DNA of 64,000 nucleotides from Sarea resinae (GCA_026026165.1 JAPEUD010000005.1:248001-312000), one strand, 5' to 3'; positions 11,455 to 24,560 are shown, counted from the stretch's first letter. Notes: generated by a model from the sequence alone, not told the origin. Numbers and translations: made by a program.

Positions 11455-14400
11455 GTTTGGCGTTGAGTCGGACCGATGAAGATCGATACAACTCGACTTG
11501 ATGGTCTTCGAAAAGAAGAAAATGAGAGAAGGATATGCGGTGCTCGTCGACTATCACTGGAGCTGCAAGGTGCCGCGGGAGCCTTTATAAGAAAGGATCC
11601 AAACACCAGAAGTGGAGAGATGAGATAGCTTTAGGAAGCTGCACACCCTACCCAGGGAGCGGAGGACCCTGGCACCAAGGACCGGGATCTTGACTTCTGA
11701 GGCTTGGGATGGCAGGCGTGGGATCGCTCACACACTCGCCGCAGAGGCTTCGACCGATTGATCGAGGGCCCGTCTAGCGGGGGGGGGAAACCCTCAGGAT
11801 TATATCTGACAAGTACCGACACGTTCTGTCCTGTCGATCGCTGAGTGGCCGAGGAAGAGGACGTGGGAGAGTACTGAGTGTGGGAAAGCTTCCAGACGTT
11901 CGATGGCAACCTTGCCGTTCGATGCTAAGGGGCCGAGAAGCGCTAGTCTCCGTGCACGAGGCAGGGAGGTTGAATGCAATTCGCCCGTGTTTTGAAGATG
12001 GTTGGCACAGTGCGCACTGGGGCTGAATCCAAGGCTTCTCCGGCTTCTTTAGGACGATTTAGGCGCAAGTGGGAGATTTGGCCTTGGAATCTGTTCGACA
12101 CGCACGACACGTTCCACTGACACTCGAGAAGACCGAGCCTTTAAGAGACTGCACCTCCGCTCGAGATGGAGCCGAAGCACGAGGCCGCGAGGGAAAAGAG
12201 TGGGGTGGCCGACTCTGACACTAGGGACGCGCGATGGCTGACCGAAAGCCTCATGCGCGGTGGAATAGTGCACTGCACGTCTAAACCCCGCGCAAAGTAG
12301 GTAAGGTAGTAGGCAAGGAGGGAACAACGTGGGCTCATCCACCTATGATGTCGAGCGGAGGGAAGAGACGGAGGCACATCCCCCAATGCTGGTCCACACT
12401 ATGCACTTCGTGTTACAGCATCACGTTGAACATGGCTTCCAACAGAGAGAAAGAGAGATCACGACGAACGATCATTGGGACGATGAGACGAATCTTGCAT
12501 TTCTATCGCCATGGACCCAACCATCCGACCTGCACTTGCCCATTTCGAGCAACATCCTCCTCGCTGAAGCCGTGACGGGTCCCGTACAGTGGACCCGACC
12601 ACCTTGGGATCTCTTCCCACAGCCCATCAGCACGAATGGGACAGCACCTTGCGGGTGCCAGTACGGCGAATGCTCAGCCGGTGGGCGTTCTTGCAGACTC
12701 CCGCTTGCTCTAGTGCTGGGGGAAGGGTGCAGTCCAGCACGTCCAGCACGTCCAGCACAGCGGGCACCGCAAGCACCGCAGAGCATGGCGGGCTGCCGTC
12801 GAAGACTGAAGGCAGGAGGGAGTTGACGTTGGAAAGAGCCAATGAGAAGCGAAAGATCGAGAACGTGGTGGTTTGTGCGCTTCTCGTTTGTTCAAGCTCT
12901 GGCGGGAGCGCGGAAGAGGAAGAACGGACGCCAGCGCTAGAGGCGAGCATGCGTACCTTGGACTACCGGAGGGTACCTTGGAGGACTTGGCCGATGAGGG
13001 GCCAGCCGGCAAGACAGACGGTGGACGCCAAGTCTCCAAGGTACCCGGTCGTAGCTTTGCTTTTTTTCTCTTCCACTCCTCGTAATGGATCCACGTCCAG
13101 CCGTGAGCCGAGATGCACCCAATTTTCTGCCTTCACCTACCGAGTCAAGCATCATGGATGCTTCCATCCACCCATCCATCCATCTCAGACTAACAATGGG
13201 CTACTCCTTCCTAAAACCATCTAGCATCTGTTCTGATCGCTTTCGTCCATTGCGCCATCTATTCGGCCCTCTGGCCAGCCGCAAGAGGGTTGCTGAGGGA
13301 AGATTGAATGCTTGATTCGAGGCGCGGCTGGAACATGGAACATGGAACATTGTCCATCCGTGCATGATTGATCTCGTCAGGTCAGAGGAAGCAGGGACCA
13401 GTATCCCGTCACGTACTCCGTAGCGTTGTCACGGCATTCTTGAACCTCCAAGCTGGAGGCTGTTACAGAGTCGATGTCGATGATCTCCATCGATTCTCCA
13501 TGTACGCAAACAATCGTGATGCGAGATCTAGCCTCGAACGGGGTATGTTCCAGAACAGATCATCTTTTACTGCCCGCGTAGAATCCCCTCTCATCATTAC
13601 CTACGATGGCGATGGCAAGAGCCATTTAAGTGGCATTCCCATCCATGGATCTCATCTCAGGCGTCAATCCGGTGATCGGATTGCCTCACCTTCCATTCAT
13701 TCTCTGCGCACCTCGCCGAGATTCATATGGATGCCGTGGTTCAAGACATCCATCCATGGCAGATGTCGGTCTCCGTACCCCTTCCGACGAGAGCGCCACA
13801 AGACGCAGAATGGAATGACCGAGTGAGTGGCATTGACGCTGAGGGGTCCATGGTGGATTGGATCGCCGCATTGATCGAAATCACCATCTCGAGGACTCGC
13901 TGCTACCGTGGCATTCATCATCCTGCACCTCCAACGGTTTGATGATCCTTGGGGTCGCTGGATGCTCTTCATGGATCATCGGTGATGCTTTGGACCCTTT
14001 TCATCGCATCTCAGGAACGCGCCAATGATACGCCACGGTCACCACTCGGATTGCGCGCTTCGACCGAGGCTAAGCAGAAGGCTGCAAACCTTGTTCGAAG
14101 ACACGGACACGGACGAAGTGGCATCAGAGACAGCTACTACGGAGTACCTTCAACGTGCAAGGGCTGACGGACACGGTCAGAATCAATGACGTATATTAAG
14201 ATGAAGCAGCAGAGAGCCGTCGTGATCTTGAAGCCCGAGACCTGCCTCACTACATAGTACTGCTGACCAACTGACCGACTGACTGACTGGCTGAGGTGGC
14301 CGACCAACGACGATGGCCGTGGCCCTGATGATGAAAGGATCAGCGCCAATCTCCCTCGATGCAGCCGAGGACCCTCTCGCTAAGGCTGGCACCGCGTGCA

Positions 14401-14540
14401 CCAGGGCACTTGCACCACCGACCTCGAGCCTATCACCGACACGCCCTCGACGCCCTGGACGGTTGAAACGGCGGGAGCGACAGTTGAAACGGACCTGGAT
14501 GGCTTGGCCCGTCGTCACCGACTCTGTTGGTCGTAGAAAA

Positions 14541-14594
14541 GACACCAAAGACACCAAAGACACCAAAGACACCAAAGACACCAAAGACACCAAA
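14541..14594. repeat. Tandem repeat (GACACCAAA)x6
   Basis: Perfect 9-mer repeated six times. Confidence 0.95.
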
Positions 14595-15031
14595 TGGGGC
14601 GCCGAGGTGATGCAACCGCCGCACGCCTCGGCCGACAGAGGAGATTCGTCGTACTCATACCTCCGTCGCAGCTCTTTCGTGAGCGATACGCTCCGATCAA
14701 CGCCGTAATGAGAAAGGGCCGCCAAGTATCCACTACAACGGCGCCGCCGAAACAACCGCGGCCGTTGTCCGCTTCCTTTATCTGCCTGATGCATCCGTTC
14801 AAGACTTTCTTCCTCTCTTGAATTCGTTCCTCTTTCTCTTTGTCTCGTCGTCGTTCAGCTTCCAAACCATCTGTTCTTGCTCCTGCGGAGTCCTTTCATT
14901 CAAGTCTTTTTCACTGCCTTCTCCAGAGAGGTAGAGCAATTCCTGTGATTCTGGCAATCACACCACTTCCAGTCCTTTCTCTCGCAACCTGTTCCATCTC
15001 CAGACCGAGCCACCCGAAACCCTCTCTCACG

Positions 15032-15601
15032 ATGCGTTCTTCAATCATCATGATCTTCCTCGCCTCTCTCGTCGCCTCTTCCACCGCCACTGCCGGCTAC
15101 ATCCATGAACGTCAGGACCCGGATGCAGCCCTGTCGGAATTCTACTCGGAAACAGAAGCCACTGCTCCACCAGCGTCCCTCTCCTCACTCATGTACCCTG
15201 CCTCGACGGCAACGACCACCGGCACAGGAGCAACCGCGACACCCTATGGCAATTCTACTACTAGCACCTCCACCACCGTCGAACACTCTTCCTCGCCCGC
15301 CACCGGTATCTCCAACTCATCCTCTACCGCTGTCTCCAGCGGTTCCGCCGTCCCCACTTCTCTCGTGACGGCCACTTCGCCCTCACCCTCCGGTTCTGAC
15401 CTCGCTGCTGCTTCGACCGCCACCTCGTATTCGTTCGTTGGGGCAGCAACCTCTGGTTCGACGAGCGGCTCTCCTTCCGCCACTTCTACCTCGAGTGGCA
15501 AGGGCGCATTGGCTTCGAGCGGGGCTGCTGCTGGATCTTTGGGCCGGCCGGGCTTCGGGGCCTTTTTAGGAATGGGGATGCTGGGTGTAATGTTCGCTTG
15601 A
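15032..15601 (+). CDS. Secreted Ser/Thr-rich, probably GPI-anchored cell-wall protein
   Basis: Signal peptide MRSSIIMIFLASLVASSTATAG, S/T-rich body, and a small-residue omega region followed by hydrophobic tail GFGAFLGMGMLGVMFA. Confidence 0.8.
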   Translation: MRSSIIMIFLASLVASSTATAGYIHERQDPDAALSEFYSETEATAPPASLSSLMYPASTATTTGTGATATPYGNSTTSTSTTVEHSSSPATGISNSSSTAVSSGSAVPTSLVTATSPSPSGSDLAAASTATSYSFVGAATSGSTSGSPSATSTSSGKGALASSGAAAGSLGRPGFGAFLGMGMLGVMFA

Positions 15602-16355
15602 TACCACCGATGTGCCTGGTAGATGGATAGCTGGATGGTCGAACCTCGGGGACGTCTCCATGCTGGTATGAAGATCGCCTCTTAGGATCAAACCCTTCTT
15701 CTCGAGGCATGGGCACGACACGGGCGCGGCACGGGCTAGGCCCCTGGTATCCAGCCGGTTCTGGATCCACTTACTTTTTGTGTTGTCGTTTGCCCCTCGA
15801 GCCAGTGTCTCGTCATCCGACTACTCATATCTATACTTGACCTTGATACCTGTATCTCTTCTTGTATCTATAGCTCCCGTAGAGTGTCTATACAGCCTGC
15901 CTATATACAAGTCCACGAACTCTATGACCGCTCTCGTCTTGCTGTATATATACATGTGTGGATTACCTGCATCGTCCATTTAGTCAGCCCAGTCTTATAA
16001 TAGTTCGGTGTAGTCCGTCCATCGCTGTTCTCTGTCGGTATAGGAGAGGCGATGGGTGATGGGTGATGGTTTGGTTGGGACAGACTCCTGGGCCGGGCCG
16101 GGCTGGGCCTACTCACGTGCTTCAGCTCCAGCGCCCTGGGACTCTCTCTTCCCGCAGCCGGCCGGCCGGCGTAGGCCCGACGTTTTCGTCTCGACTGGAC
16201 GAGGGCATTCCCTGTGGGAAGGACGGGCTACCTGGCCGGGCCAGGGCTACCTGGCTGGGCTTTCGCTCGTGGGAAGCCATGGGGAGCAGCCGCGGTTAGT
16301 CTGGTTAGAGGCTGCTGGCGCAGTAGAGGAGATTTGGCCGAGGGATTGGTTGGTA

Positions 16356-17138
16356 TCACAGGAGGACATCTGCGCGCTCGCTCCAGAGGACGTATGGTGG
16401 GGTCTCTGTCGTCGTCGTCGTCGAGGGCCGCTGGGCTGCTTTCTCGGGTTCGAGAGTTGGGTCCCGCCGTTCTTCGTTTACGTCCAGCTCCTTCTCCATC
16501 TCCGCCTCCGCCTCCGCCTCCGCCTCCGCCTCCGCGCCCTTCTCAGTCTCCATCTCTCCACCAGCATCCCGGCCCTCCTGCCCCTTCCTCTTTCCTCTTC
16601 TTCCCCGCTTCTCCCCCATAGCGGCAGCACTAGCACCAACGGGAAACCTCTTCGCGGCCCCACAAGCCACACACCTCACGATCAACACGTCCGCCCACGG
16701 CTTGCGGGCGCCCCGGCTCGCGTTCTCGACCTCGAGCGTGCAGCCCCGCCCCGGCACCAGCGGCGAGTCGCATCGCTTGCACAGCGCGCGTTTCACGTGC
16801 GGCGAGAGCCGGATCTGCGTTTTTTGCGATATGTGGCGGAGGTGCGAGATCAGTCGGCGGGCGTGGGGCGTGGTTGACGTGGCGGTTTCGAGGTGGTGGG
16901 TTTGAAGGCGCGGCTGAGATTGCGGTTGAGCTTGAGCTGGAGGGGGAGATGGAGGGGGAGGGGAGGATTGCGGTGGGCTGGTGGGGGTGGTGGTGACGGT
17001 GGTCATGGTGGTGGGTTGTGCCGTCACTGTGCTGAGGTATGTGGATGCTTGGTAGAGGTACGAGAGGCGCGAGTGGAGGTGTTTGTTTGGCACGCCTTTT
17101 GCGGCGCTGGTCACGTCTTTTGGGGTCGTGGGAGGCAT
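16356..17138 (-). CDS. RPR2: RNase P subunit Rpr2/Rpp21/Snm1 family
   Basis: HLHSRLSYLYQAS, LRHISQKTQIRLS..KRALCKRCDSPLVPG and VRCVACGAAKRFP (two CxxC pairs). Confidence 0.88.
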   Translation of the reverse strand: MPPTTPKDVTSAAKGVPNKHLHSRLSYLYQASTYLSTVTAQPTTMTTVTTTPTSPPQSSPPPPSPPPAQAQPQSQPRLQTHHLETATSTTPHARRLISHLRHISQKTQIRLSPHVKRALCKRCDSPLVPGRGCTLEVENASRGARKPWADVLIVRCVACGAAKRFPVGASAAAMGEKRGRRGKRKGQEGRDAGGEMETEKGAEAEAEAEAEAEMEKELDVNEERRDPTLEPEKAAQRPSTTTTTETPPYVLWSERADVLL

Positions 17139-17472
17139 CGTTGGCAGCGAGAGCGATCTCTACTCCGTAGGAGCTTGCATCTCAAGATCTATCCATGTTA
17201 TGGATCCAGGATGCTATCGCGTCTCGGATCAACATTTATGACCATCGTCACGTGTTTCGTCTACCCCTCCACCCCTCCATACCTGAGCATTTACCGCCGC
17301 TATCCAAACACTCGAAGCTCCGAATTGTTATAATTACTTCATTGAAAGTATCAGTGCTATTTACCACCAGAGAACCCACAAAAAAGTTCCAGCAATTCTC
17401 CAACTGAGATAGCCGTTCAATAAATCCCTCTCCCTCTCCCTCGCTCTTCACGACCCTCCATCCATCCTTAAC

Positions 17473-18484
17473 ATGTCTCCCCCCGCCATTATCGCTCCCT
17501 CCATCCTCTCTGCCGACTTCGCCGCCCTCGGCGCCGCCTGCTCCGACACCATCGGACATGGCGCAGACTGGCTACACATCGACATAATGGACGGGCATTT
17601 CGTGCCCAACATGACATTCGGTGCGCCCGTAGTGACGAAGATCCGGCCGCATGTTGCTAGGCCCGCGTCCAGGAACGCCAAGGGCACGTTCGATTGCCAT
17701 ATGATGATCGCGGAGGTATATTTGGCCGCATTTTGCTTGCGTCACTCCTCACCATTATGATTTCGCATCTCCTCTCCTTCCCTGAAGTGCACACACACGT
17801 CTGCTGTTCTCGTGCAGGGGTCAAGGCTAATGCCGCGATTATTGGAGGGATGAAATAGCCCAAGAAATGGGTCCGCGACTTCAAAGCCGCTGGCTGCGAT
17901 CTTTACTGCTTCCACTACGAAGCTGCTGTCGCGTCCACGGCCGCTACTTCTCCCGCAGACAGCACAACCGAAAAAACGTCGCCGAAGGATTTGATCCGTT
18001 TCATCCACTCCGAGGGCTTGCAAGCTGGCATCGCGCTGAAGCCCGAGACGCCCGTTGACGTGCTGTGGGATATACTGGCCAGTGAGGAGAAGGACGAGGT
18101 GCCTGATGTATGTGTCTGGCCTTCTCCTCCTACTCTCTATCTTCTTCTTTTTCCTCGGCCTCTAATTCTCAATTCTCTCCCTGACGACTGAGGAGATTGG
18201 CTGATCGTAAACGATAAATACAGATGGTGCTGATCATGACCGTCCATCCCGGCTTTGGCGGTCAGAAATTCATGGCGTCCGAACTCCCCAAGGTCTCGGC
18301 TCTGCGCGCACGCTACCCGGACCTGAATATCGAAGTCGACGGCGGGCTGGGCGAGGGAACCATCGACGAGGCCGCGGACGCAGGCGCGAACGTCATTGTC
18401 GCGGGGTCGGCCGTCTTCGGGGCCAAGGATCCCGCCGATGTCATTGCAAAGCTGAGAGCAGCGGTTGAGAGGAGGAGAGGCTAA
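17473..18484 (+). CDS. RPE1: Ribulose-phosphate 3-epimerase
   Basis: Introns 17716-17858 and 18108-18223. Motifs [55 protein letters not shown]. Confidence 0.97.
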
Positions 18485-20016
18485 GTGTGTGTCATGAGTG
18501 TCTGTTTACCGTACTTATTACAGAGCTTTTACCAGCGGGCTACAAAATTCATATAGAGATGTGCTTTTCTGTTCAAATGTCGATGATATGCATGGTATTC
18601 ACCGTACTGATGACGCAGCTTGTGCACTTGGGCGCAGGAGATGTTGTTTTGGTGATAGAGAGAGTGGAGACTCGTAGCTGTGGGATAAGGGAACGCATCG
18701 TGGAAGTAGGACCAGGATTCAGTCATGGGAAGCAGCGTCGGCATCTGTGAACATATTACTGAAAGTCCGAAGGCCCCGTCGTACTGTTGGCATCTTCGTA
18801 CATCCACCTCTACCTGTAGACCTGCAAGGTACGAGGCACACGGGAGTGGTTCCTGGAAGATAAGGTAGTGTTCCATGAGTGTCAAACCCGACGCTCGTTG
18901 ATTCATTTCGTGGGGCCATGATGGTTCCTACAGGCGCACCGAGGTTCACTGGAAAGCACATCCTGGCCTCTATTGCGACTTGATCCATGGGTTTACTGAT
19001 GTCACTTTCGTGCCTCGAAGCGCTTCGCCCCAGAAATTCGTCAAGGGTATCATTCATGCTATTCTCCGCCCATTTACTTTAGGCGCTGGAGCATGAAGCG
19101 GGGATCATGGATGTCATAGAGGGAGATTTGGATCTCGGATGGACGTTGCGGGCATCGTCATACTTCGAGATGGCCAGGCTTTAGGCCGCCCGTTGAATTT
19201 GCATCTCGCCGCCAATGGCGATGGCGGTGATGGATGGTACGAATTCCCGATCGATATCGTTGCCGGTGGGCGACTCTACTGAAGTGCGTCGTACGCGCCC
19301 ACCGACATCAGTGGGCGCGTCGAAGGATCAGGCCGGCAGCCACATGCAGCTCAGGCCAATTGGCGAGCGTGGCCACCACCCTTTGGCGCCCTCTCTCACC
19401 ACTTGAAACGCATCTCAGTACAGATGCCGTACAGATCCATCCCGATCCATCCATCTTCGTCCACCATGCTCATTCGGTGTCTCACCGTCTCGTCCATTGG
19501 TCGCTCGTCTGCCGCTATTGGATCTTCTTCACTCTCTTCACTGCCATCGCAGCATGGGCCCGCTGTCCCTTCTGCTGCCATGGCCTGCTAATGCGGCCAC
19601 TCCCACTGCAGACGGAACCGCACGGGAGCACGCTATTTCTCTTTTTGTGTGGAGTCATGTCTCGTATCTTGCCATGGCCTCCGCCCTCGAGCAAGATCTA
19701 CGCGCTGGCTGCGACCATGCTTTTTGCGGTGTAAGGTGGCAGATCGCTGCTGTAGCAACATAAGAGAAATGCCACCCACGTCCTTTGAATGTTCATCTAA
19801 CCTGGACGGCTCTAATCTTTTCTTCCGTTTCTTTTTTGTCTTTTCATTCTTGCAATCCTTCGTTGATCGAAGTTGAAATCTATGCCCATACACATCCGTT
19901 GAGCGGATTTACGTTATTATCATTATTTAATATTTTTACCTCTATTTCACGCTATTCCTCGAAGAAACGATTGCGAGTGCACACATAGAAGACGTCTGAG
20001 ACGGTTCATACTCAGC

Positions 20017-23000
20017 ATGGCGCATCAATTGCTACCATCTTCTTGCTACTCACCCTCGCGATCTGGGCAGGCCCTGAGCACGCGACTTAATACCATAATA
20101 GAGGATGAAGTTCCAGCCGAAGTTCCAGTCCGACCCAAGGCTCGGAAGCCTCGACTTAATACCATGATCGATGACGAATTTCAGAAGGAGATTCGAGTCG
20201 TGTCGCACCCTCCCCGAGAATTCCAAACCCGCACTCTGATCGAGGACGACGTCCAGTCTGACGTGCGAGTTCTGCTGAAGGAGAGCAATCAGCCACAAGA
20301 CCTGAGCACGAAAAGCCCTTCCGAGGGTCGCAGTGTTTACTCTTCTGATGATCAGGTCACACCGCGTGCGTTCGACTACATGAATCAGTTGGGTTCTCCT
20401 CCGTCGAGTGGCTCATCGAGATCGTCGAATTGGCAGAGGATGATGCATCCGTCTGAAGAGGATCTGTACGATTGTACCGATGACGAATCCGAGCCGTGCT
20501 CGGCACAGGACGAGAGTCCAAGCTTCAGCTTCCGCGGCCCCAGCGTGTACTCGGACTCAAGCCGCAGAGACTCTGGTAGCTCCTCATGCAGCGGCAGCCG
20601 ATACCCATCTCTCGTCATCCCATCACCGCATCTGTGGCCGCACGTCCATAAATCCCCACTTCAGCATGATGGACAGCCAATCCCACCTACTCCACCTCAC
20701 AAGATACCACTTTCTCCGGCAGTCCTTTCGTACTTGGCACGAGATGTCCCCGCGGCCAATGCGCCTCCATCTTTGGATGGCAGCTTGACTTCGGAGCAGA
20801 TGGCTGCTATGAGCGTGCCTGCAACACCCGACATGGCATCCAACGACCACAACGAGACGCAATGGGGCAGCCCGGCGAAGATCTACCGATCACCTGAGGC
20901 ATTGCAGCAAACGTGGATGGATGAAAAGTCAGCAATCAAGAGCGAAAATGCGACAAAGGATGGCGTCGAGCCTGAGACCCCTATCGATAGCAGCTACGAA
21001 CAGCAAAAGCTTGCCAATGTGGCTGAACAGTTCGAGGAGCTTCGCCGAATGCATGACTATGGTATCGCAACTGACGAGATCCTTCCGCAAGACCTCGACG
21101 GGGGTTTCGATCATGACGGCGGTGAACCTACCCCAAGGCCCTTTTCCAATGGCCCCGAAATGGCACAGCGAACCAACTCGGCCTCGTATCTGGCCACGTT
21201 GAATCTATTTTCGGCTGCCATGAGACGTCCAGAATCCGGTGAACTACAGCTCACGATACCCTCTCCAGACAAATTCTTTAATTCACTGGCTCCCAGTGCT
21301 CGCCATACCTGGTGTCCTTCTTCTGTGGGCCCATCGTCTGCAACGGCCGAGCAGTTTTACAATGCATTTTCGGGTGCCCGGGCTGCGACCCCGGCAAGAC
21401 AGCGGGCCTTGTCCGATGTATGGGAGTGGAATGATGCCATTGTCGAATCCCCTTTGGCTACTCAAGGGATGATAATCCCACACGAGGAAGGCGAAGAGAT
21501 TGAATTGATTCACGAGATCCAAAATGAGCCGGATGCGATCGAGTATGACGAGGACTATGACGACGAGCTCCGTCGAGCCGCGGCGACCAATATCGATCGA
21601 ACCAGCACCTGGTTAGCCGCTCAGACTTCGTACATGGCAGCTCTCCGTGAGGCCAACCCCGTCAATCGAGTTGGGGGCAAGATCGAGGAGAGCACGCCAC
21701 CGTCCGCCCATCATCGGGACGATTCAACTGACACTACATCGAAAAAGACGGTGCACTTCCAGGACCAGCCAGTCGAAACCGCACAGGAGCAAATCCTCAA
21801 GAAAGAATCTCTCTATTATCGCGCCTTCCAGCATCTCACCTCCAATGCCTGCCCAGAAGACACCTTCGTCCACCGTCTGGCCCGATCCGACGCTCTTCAA
21901 CTCGGTCGTCTGAACCTACCTACTGCATATGGCGACCAGCTGACTGGCCAATTCCACATTACCGAAAAGCCCATCCCGGGGAGCCCATCTTCGGAAACTA
22001 CTCCCGAGCAACGCCTCATGTCCCGCGTCGACCGCGAACGCCAAGCGCTGGAGCAACTTCGGCTCTCTGCTTGGAACATCGAAGCCCTCAAATTCCTCAA
22101 CGGTGGCCATCTCCTCATCAGCCCGGCCCGCAACATTCTCTCCCTCGCCCCACCTCTCAACAGCAACACCCTCGACCACCACAATCGTGTCCGCTGCCTT
22201 GATCTCGGTGGCCACCCGGCTGCCGACTGGGCCTGGGCCTGCGCGCTCGAATTCCGAAACGTGAAAACCTATACGGTGACCACAAAAGACATACCACGGG
22301 TCCAGCCACCGATCCGAGGGCCTCGCAACCACCGCCACATCTCGGTGCCGCATCTCTGGGCGCTGCCCTTTCCGGATGCTCACTTTGATGTCATCTCCGC
22401 GCGGTCGTTGCCATTGTTCCTCAAGACAGACAAACGCGCCTCGCATCACCCTGCTGCAGTCCCAATCCAAGTTCAGGACGAATACGACCTCACGCTCCAC
22501 GAGGTCATGCGCGTGCTGAAGCCCGGCGGCTATCTCGAATTCGCTCTCCAAGACGCCGACATCGTCTCGCCCGCGGGGCCCTGTGCGCACTCCTTGAGCC
22601 GAGACATGGCATTCGCTCTCAAGGAGCGCGGATACGACTCGACGCCGTCGCGCGATTGGATCGGCCGACTCCGTCAGGCGGGGTTCGGGGACGTCAAGCG
22701 CGCTTGGACGGTTTTGCCTATGAGTGACGCTGGCGACGGTGTTTCTCAGCAGCAGATCTACGACGAGGAAGACCTCGACCAGACCGGTTTCGGCTCCACC
22801 GCCAACGTAGCAGCTATCTCGTCCATGGTGGGCACGTTGGCCTTTGAGCGATGGATACTGAAACTGGCGCGCGAGGGTCAAGGTCAGGACGACGAAGACG
22901 AGCGGAAAATCCTCGAGAACGTCGCGGCTGTGATTGAGGAGGCCAAGAAGATGACGAGCAAGACGACTGTTGTGGGCTTGGAGGATGGCCGAGTGCCGGT

Positions 23001-23046
23001 TCCGGGCTGGAGATGTCTCCTTGGTTATGCTCGGAAGGGTCGCTGA
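20017..23046 (+). CDS. Large protein: long S/P-rich disordered N-terminus plus C-terminal class I SAM methyltransferase-like domain
   Basis: Intronless 1009-aa ORF. C-terminal RCLDLGG, LWALPFPDAHFDVISARSL and EVMRVLKPGGYLEF match Methyltransf_11-type motifs. Confidence 0.8.
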   Translation: MAHQLLPSSCYSPSRSGQALSTRLNTIIEDEVPAEVPVRPKARKPRLNTMIDDEFQKEIRVVSHPPREFQTRTLIEDDVQSDVRVLLKESNQPQDLSTKSPSEGRSVYSSDDQVTPRAFDYMNQLGSPPSSGSSRSSNWQRMMHPSEEDLYDCTDDESEPCSAQDESPSFSFRGPSVYSDSSRRDSGSSSCSGSRYPSLVIPSPHLWPHVHKSPLQHDGQPIPPTPPHKIPLSPAVLSYLARDVPAANAPPSLDGSLTSEQMAAMSVPATPDMASNDHNETQWGSPAKIYRSPEALQQTWMDEKSAIKSENATKDGVEPETPIDSSYEQQKLANVAEQFEELRRMHDYGIATDEILPQDLDGGFDHDGGEPTPRPFSNGPEMAQRTNSASYLATLNLFSAAMRRPESGELQLTIPSPDKFFNSLAPSARHTWCPSSVGPSSATAEQFYNAFSGARAATPARQRALSDVWEWNDAIVESPLATQGMIIPHEEGEEIELIHEIQNEPDAIEYDEDYDDELRRAAATNIDRTSTWLAAQTSYMAALREANPVNRVGGKIEESTPPSAHHRDDSTDTTSKKTVHFQDQPVETAQEQILKKESLYYRAFQHLTSNACPEDTFVHRLARSDALQLGRLNLPTAYGDQLTGQFHITEKPIPGSPSSETTPEQRLMSRVDRERQALEQLRLSAWNIEALKFLNGGHLLISPARNILSLAPPLNSNTLDHHNRVRCLDLGGHPAADWAWACALEFRNVKTYTVTTKDIPRVQPPIRGPRNHRHISVPHLWALPFPDAHFDVISARSLPLFLKTDKRASHHPAAVPIQVQDEYDLTLHEVMRVLKPGGYLEFALQDADIVSPAGPCAHSLSRDMAFALKERGYDSTPSRDWIGRLRQAGFGDVKRAWTVLPMSDAGDGVSQQQIYDEEDLDQTGFGSTANVAAISSMVGTLAFERWILKLAREGQGQDDEDERKILENVAAVIEEAKKMTSKTTVVGLEDGRVPVPGWRCLLGYARKGR

Positions 23047-23049
23047 TCT

Positions 23050-23967
23050 AGATCTTGTCTGTTTCTCGATTATGTCTTGCTCTCATCGCGTCGCATCTCA
23101 TCGCATCGCATCTCTCAACTGTTCCCTGATATCCCATCACCCGCCACCCCCACTTCCTCTCTTCTCACATCTTATCTTCTCTCACACCCTCTCTCACTCG
23201 CACCCTCCCCCATCACCAATCAGCTCCAAAGCCACCTATATATTATATCTACCCCTTTTCCCTCTCCCCTTGATCCAGCATTCTGCTTACATGCATAAGC
23301 GACGGCGTCTTTCTCTCTCTCTTTCTCTCCTTTTTTGCCTGCTCTCCCCTTCCACGGAGTCTTTTCCTGGTCTCGGTTTTGGTTTTGGTTTTGGTTTTCT
23401 GGTCGATGGGCACGGTGCCTACTCTCATACGCGCGATCATCTCTCTTGTAGACATGAGCGAACGAAGGAAAGCAAGCAAGCAAGAAAGGGGCAAAAGCGA
23501 GGTTGGCATTTTTCCAGATGTTAGAAACCTCTCTTGTCATTCTCATTACATTTTCATCGCATTCTCATCATATCTCATGACATGACGTCTTTACAGCATA
23601 GCATTTGGAATCGCGCGCGAGTGGGAACTTTTGGAATCGGAAATGGAAATGGAAATGGAATGGGAAAACGGATTCTGGGACGGAGATACCAAGACGGATG
23701 AAATTAGGTTTACGTTTACGTTGAGGTTAGATCGAGTTAGAGTTATGTTTTTGCGTTAGTCAGCTGTGCGAGAGTTCGTGTCAATGCCATACCATGTCTA
23801 TCCATGTCTATCCATGTCTGGTCTTGTCTGGTCAATATCATACCATTTCATATCAATGCCATACCATACCATCCATGTACGTCTTGACTCCTTTCGCTTC
23901 GTCCCGTTCCGTTCCTCTCTCGTCCGTCCGTCCGCCCGCCCTCCACACACACACACACACACACACA

Positions 23968-24001
<34 letters not shown>

Positions 24002-24560
24002 CTCAACTCCACTCCACTCCACTCCACTCTATTCCCCTTCCTCCCCACTTCCTCTCTGCATTTTTCCCCTTTCTTTCCCTTTCTTTTCTTTTCTTTTCTT
24101 TTCTTTTCTTTCTCGCGCGCTCCAAGGCCTTCCTCTTCCTCGTCCTTGTTCTTCTTCTTGTGCTTGTTCTCGTTCTCATTTTCATTCTGGGGCTCGTTCT
24201 CGTTCTCGTTCTCGTTCGCATTGTTATCCCTTCTCCCTAGTTTCTTGGAGCGGAGAGAGAGAAAGAGAAGGAAAATGATAGGGATAGGGATGGAGATAGG
24301 GATAGAGATAGGGACAGAGATGGCGAGAAAAGATGGGCGAGGGGAGTCCGAATGGCTTGGGGCTAGAGGGAAGAGGATCTCGATGTCGATATTGATGTTG
24401 ATACTTATCTGGCTAGGATCGCGGAAACGAATCCATACGGGTTGGGTGGAACGGGGTTGAACAGAATAGAACTGAATTGCATTGAGTAGAATTGATTTGG
24501 AACGAACGAATGAATGGATAAAAAGGTGAGTGAATGAATGGATTGATGGACAACTATATA
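23050..24560. repeat. Microsatellite-rich convergent 3' intergenic region: (CA)n(CT)n, (TTTTC)n, (CTCGTT)n, (GGAAAT)n, (CTCCA)n
   Basis: Multiple adjacent SSR tracts, e.g. 23944-23998. Confidence 0.8.

Noticed and set aside
7521..14594. Tandem 9-10-mer arrays as CRISPR-like or telomeric repeats
   Set aside because: No spacers and not TTAGGG-type. These are ordinary minisatellites in a eukaryotic genome.
12329..14865. Several 100-210 aa ORFs between the MFS and GPI-protein genes
   Set aside because: No motifs, they overlap in all frames and are partly repeat-derived. The region is better read as a divergent promoter.
18470..18560. Cryptic peroxisomal PTS1 on RPE1 by readthrough or alternative splicing
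   Set aside because: The stop is TAA-GTG rather than TGA-CTA, the readthrough frame ends TKFI, and the splice options I tried give no SKL-like end.
18529..19057. Minus-strand ORFs of 112 and 125 aa
   Set aside because: No recognisable motif or coding-like composition. An orphan gene cannot be excluded but is unsupported.
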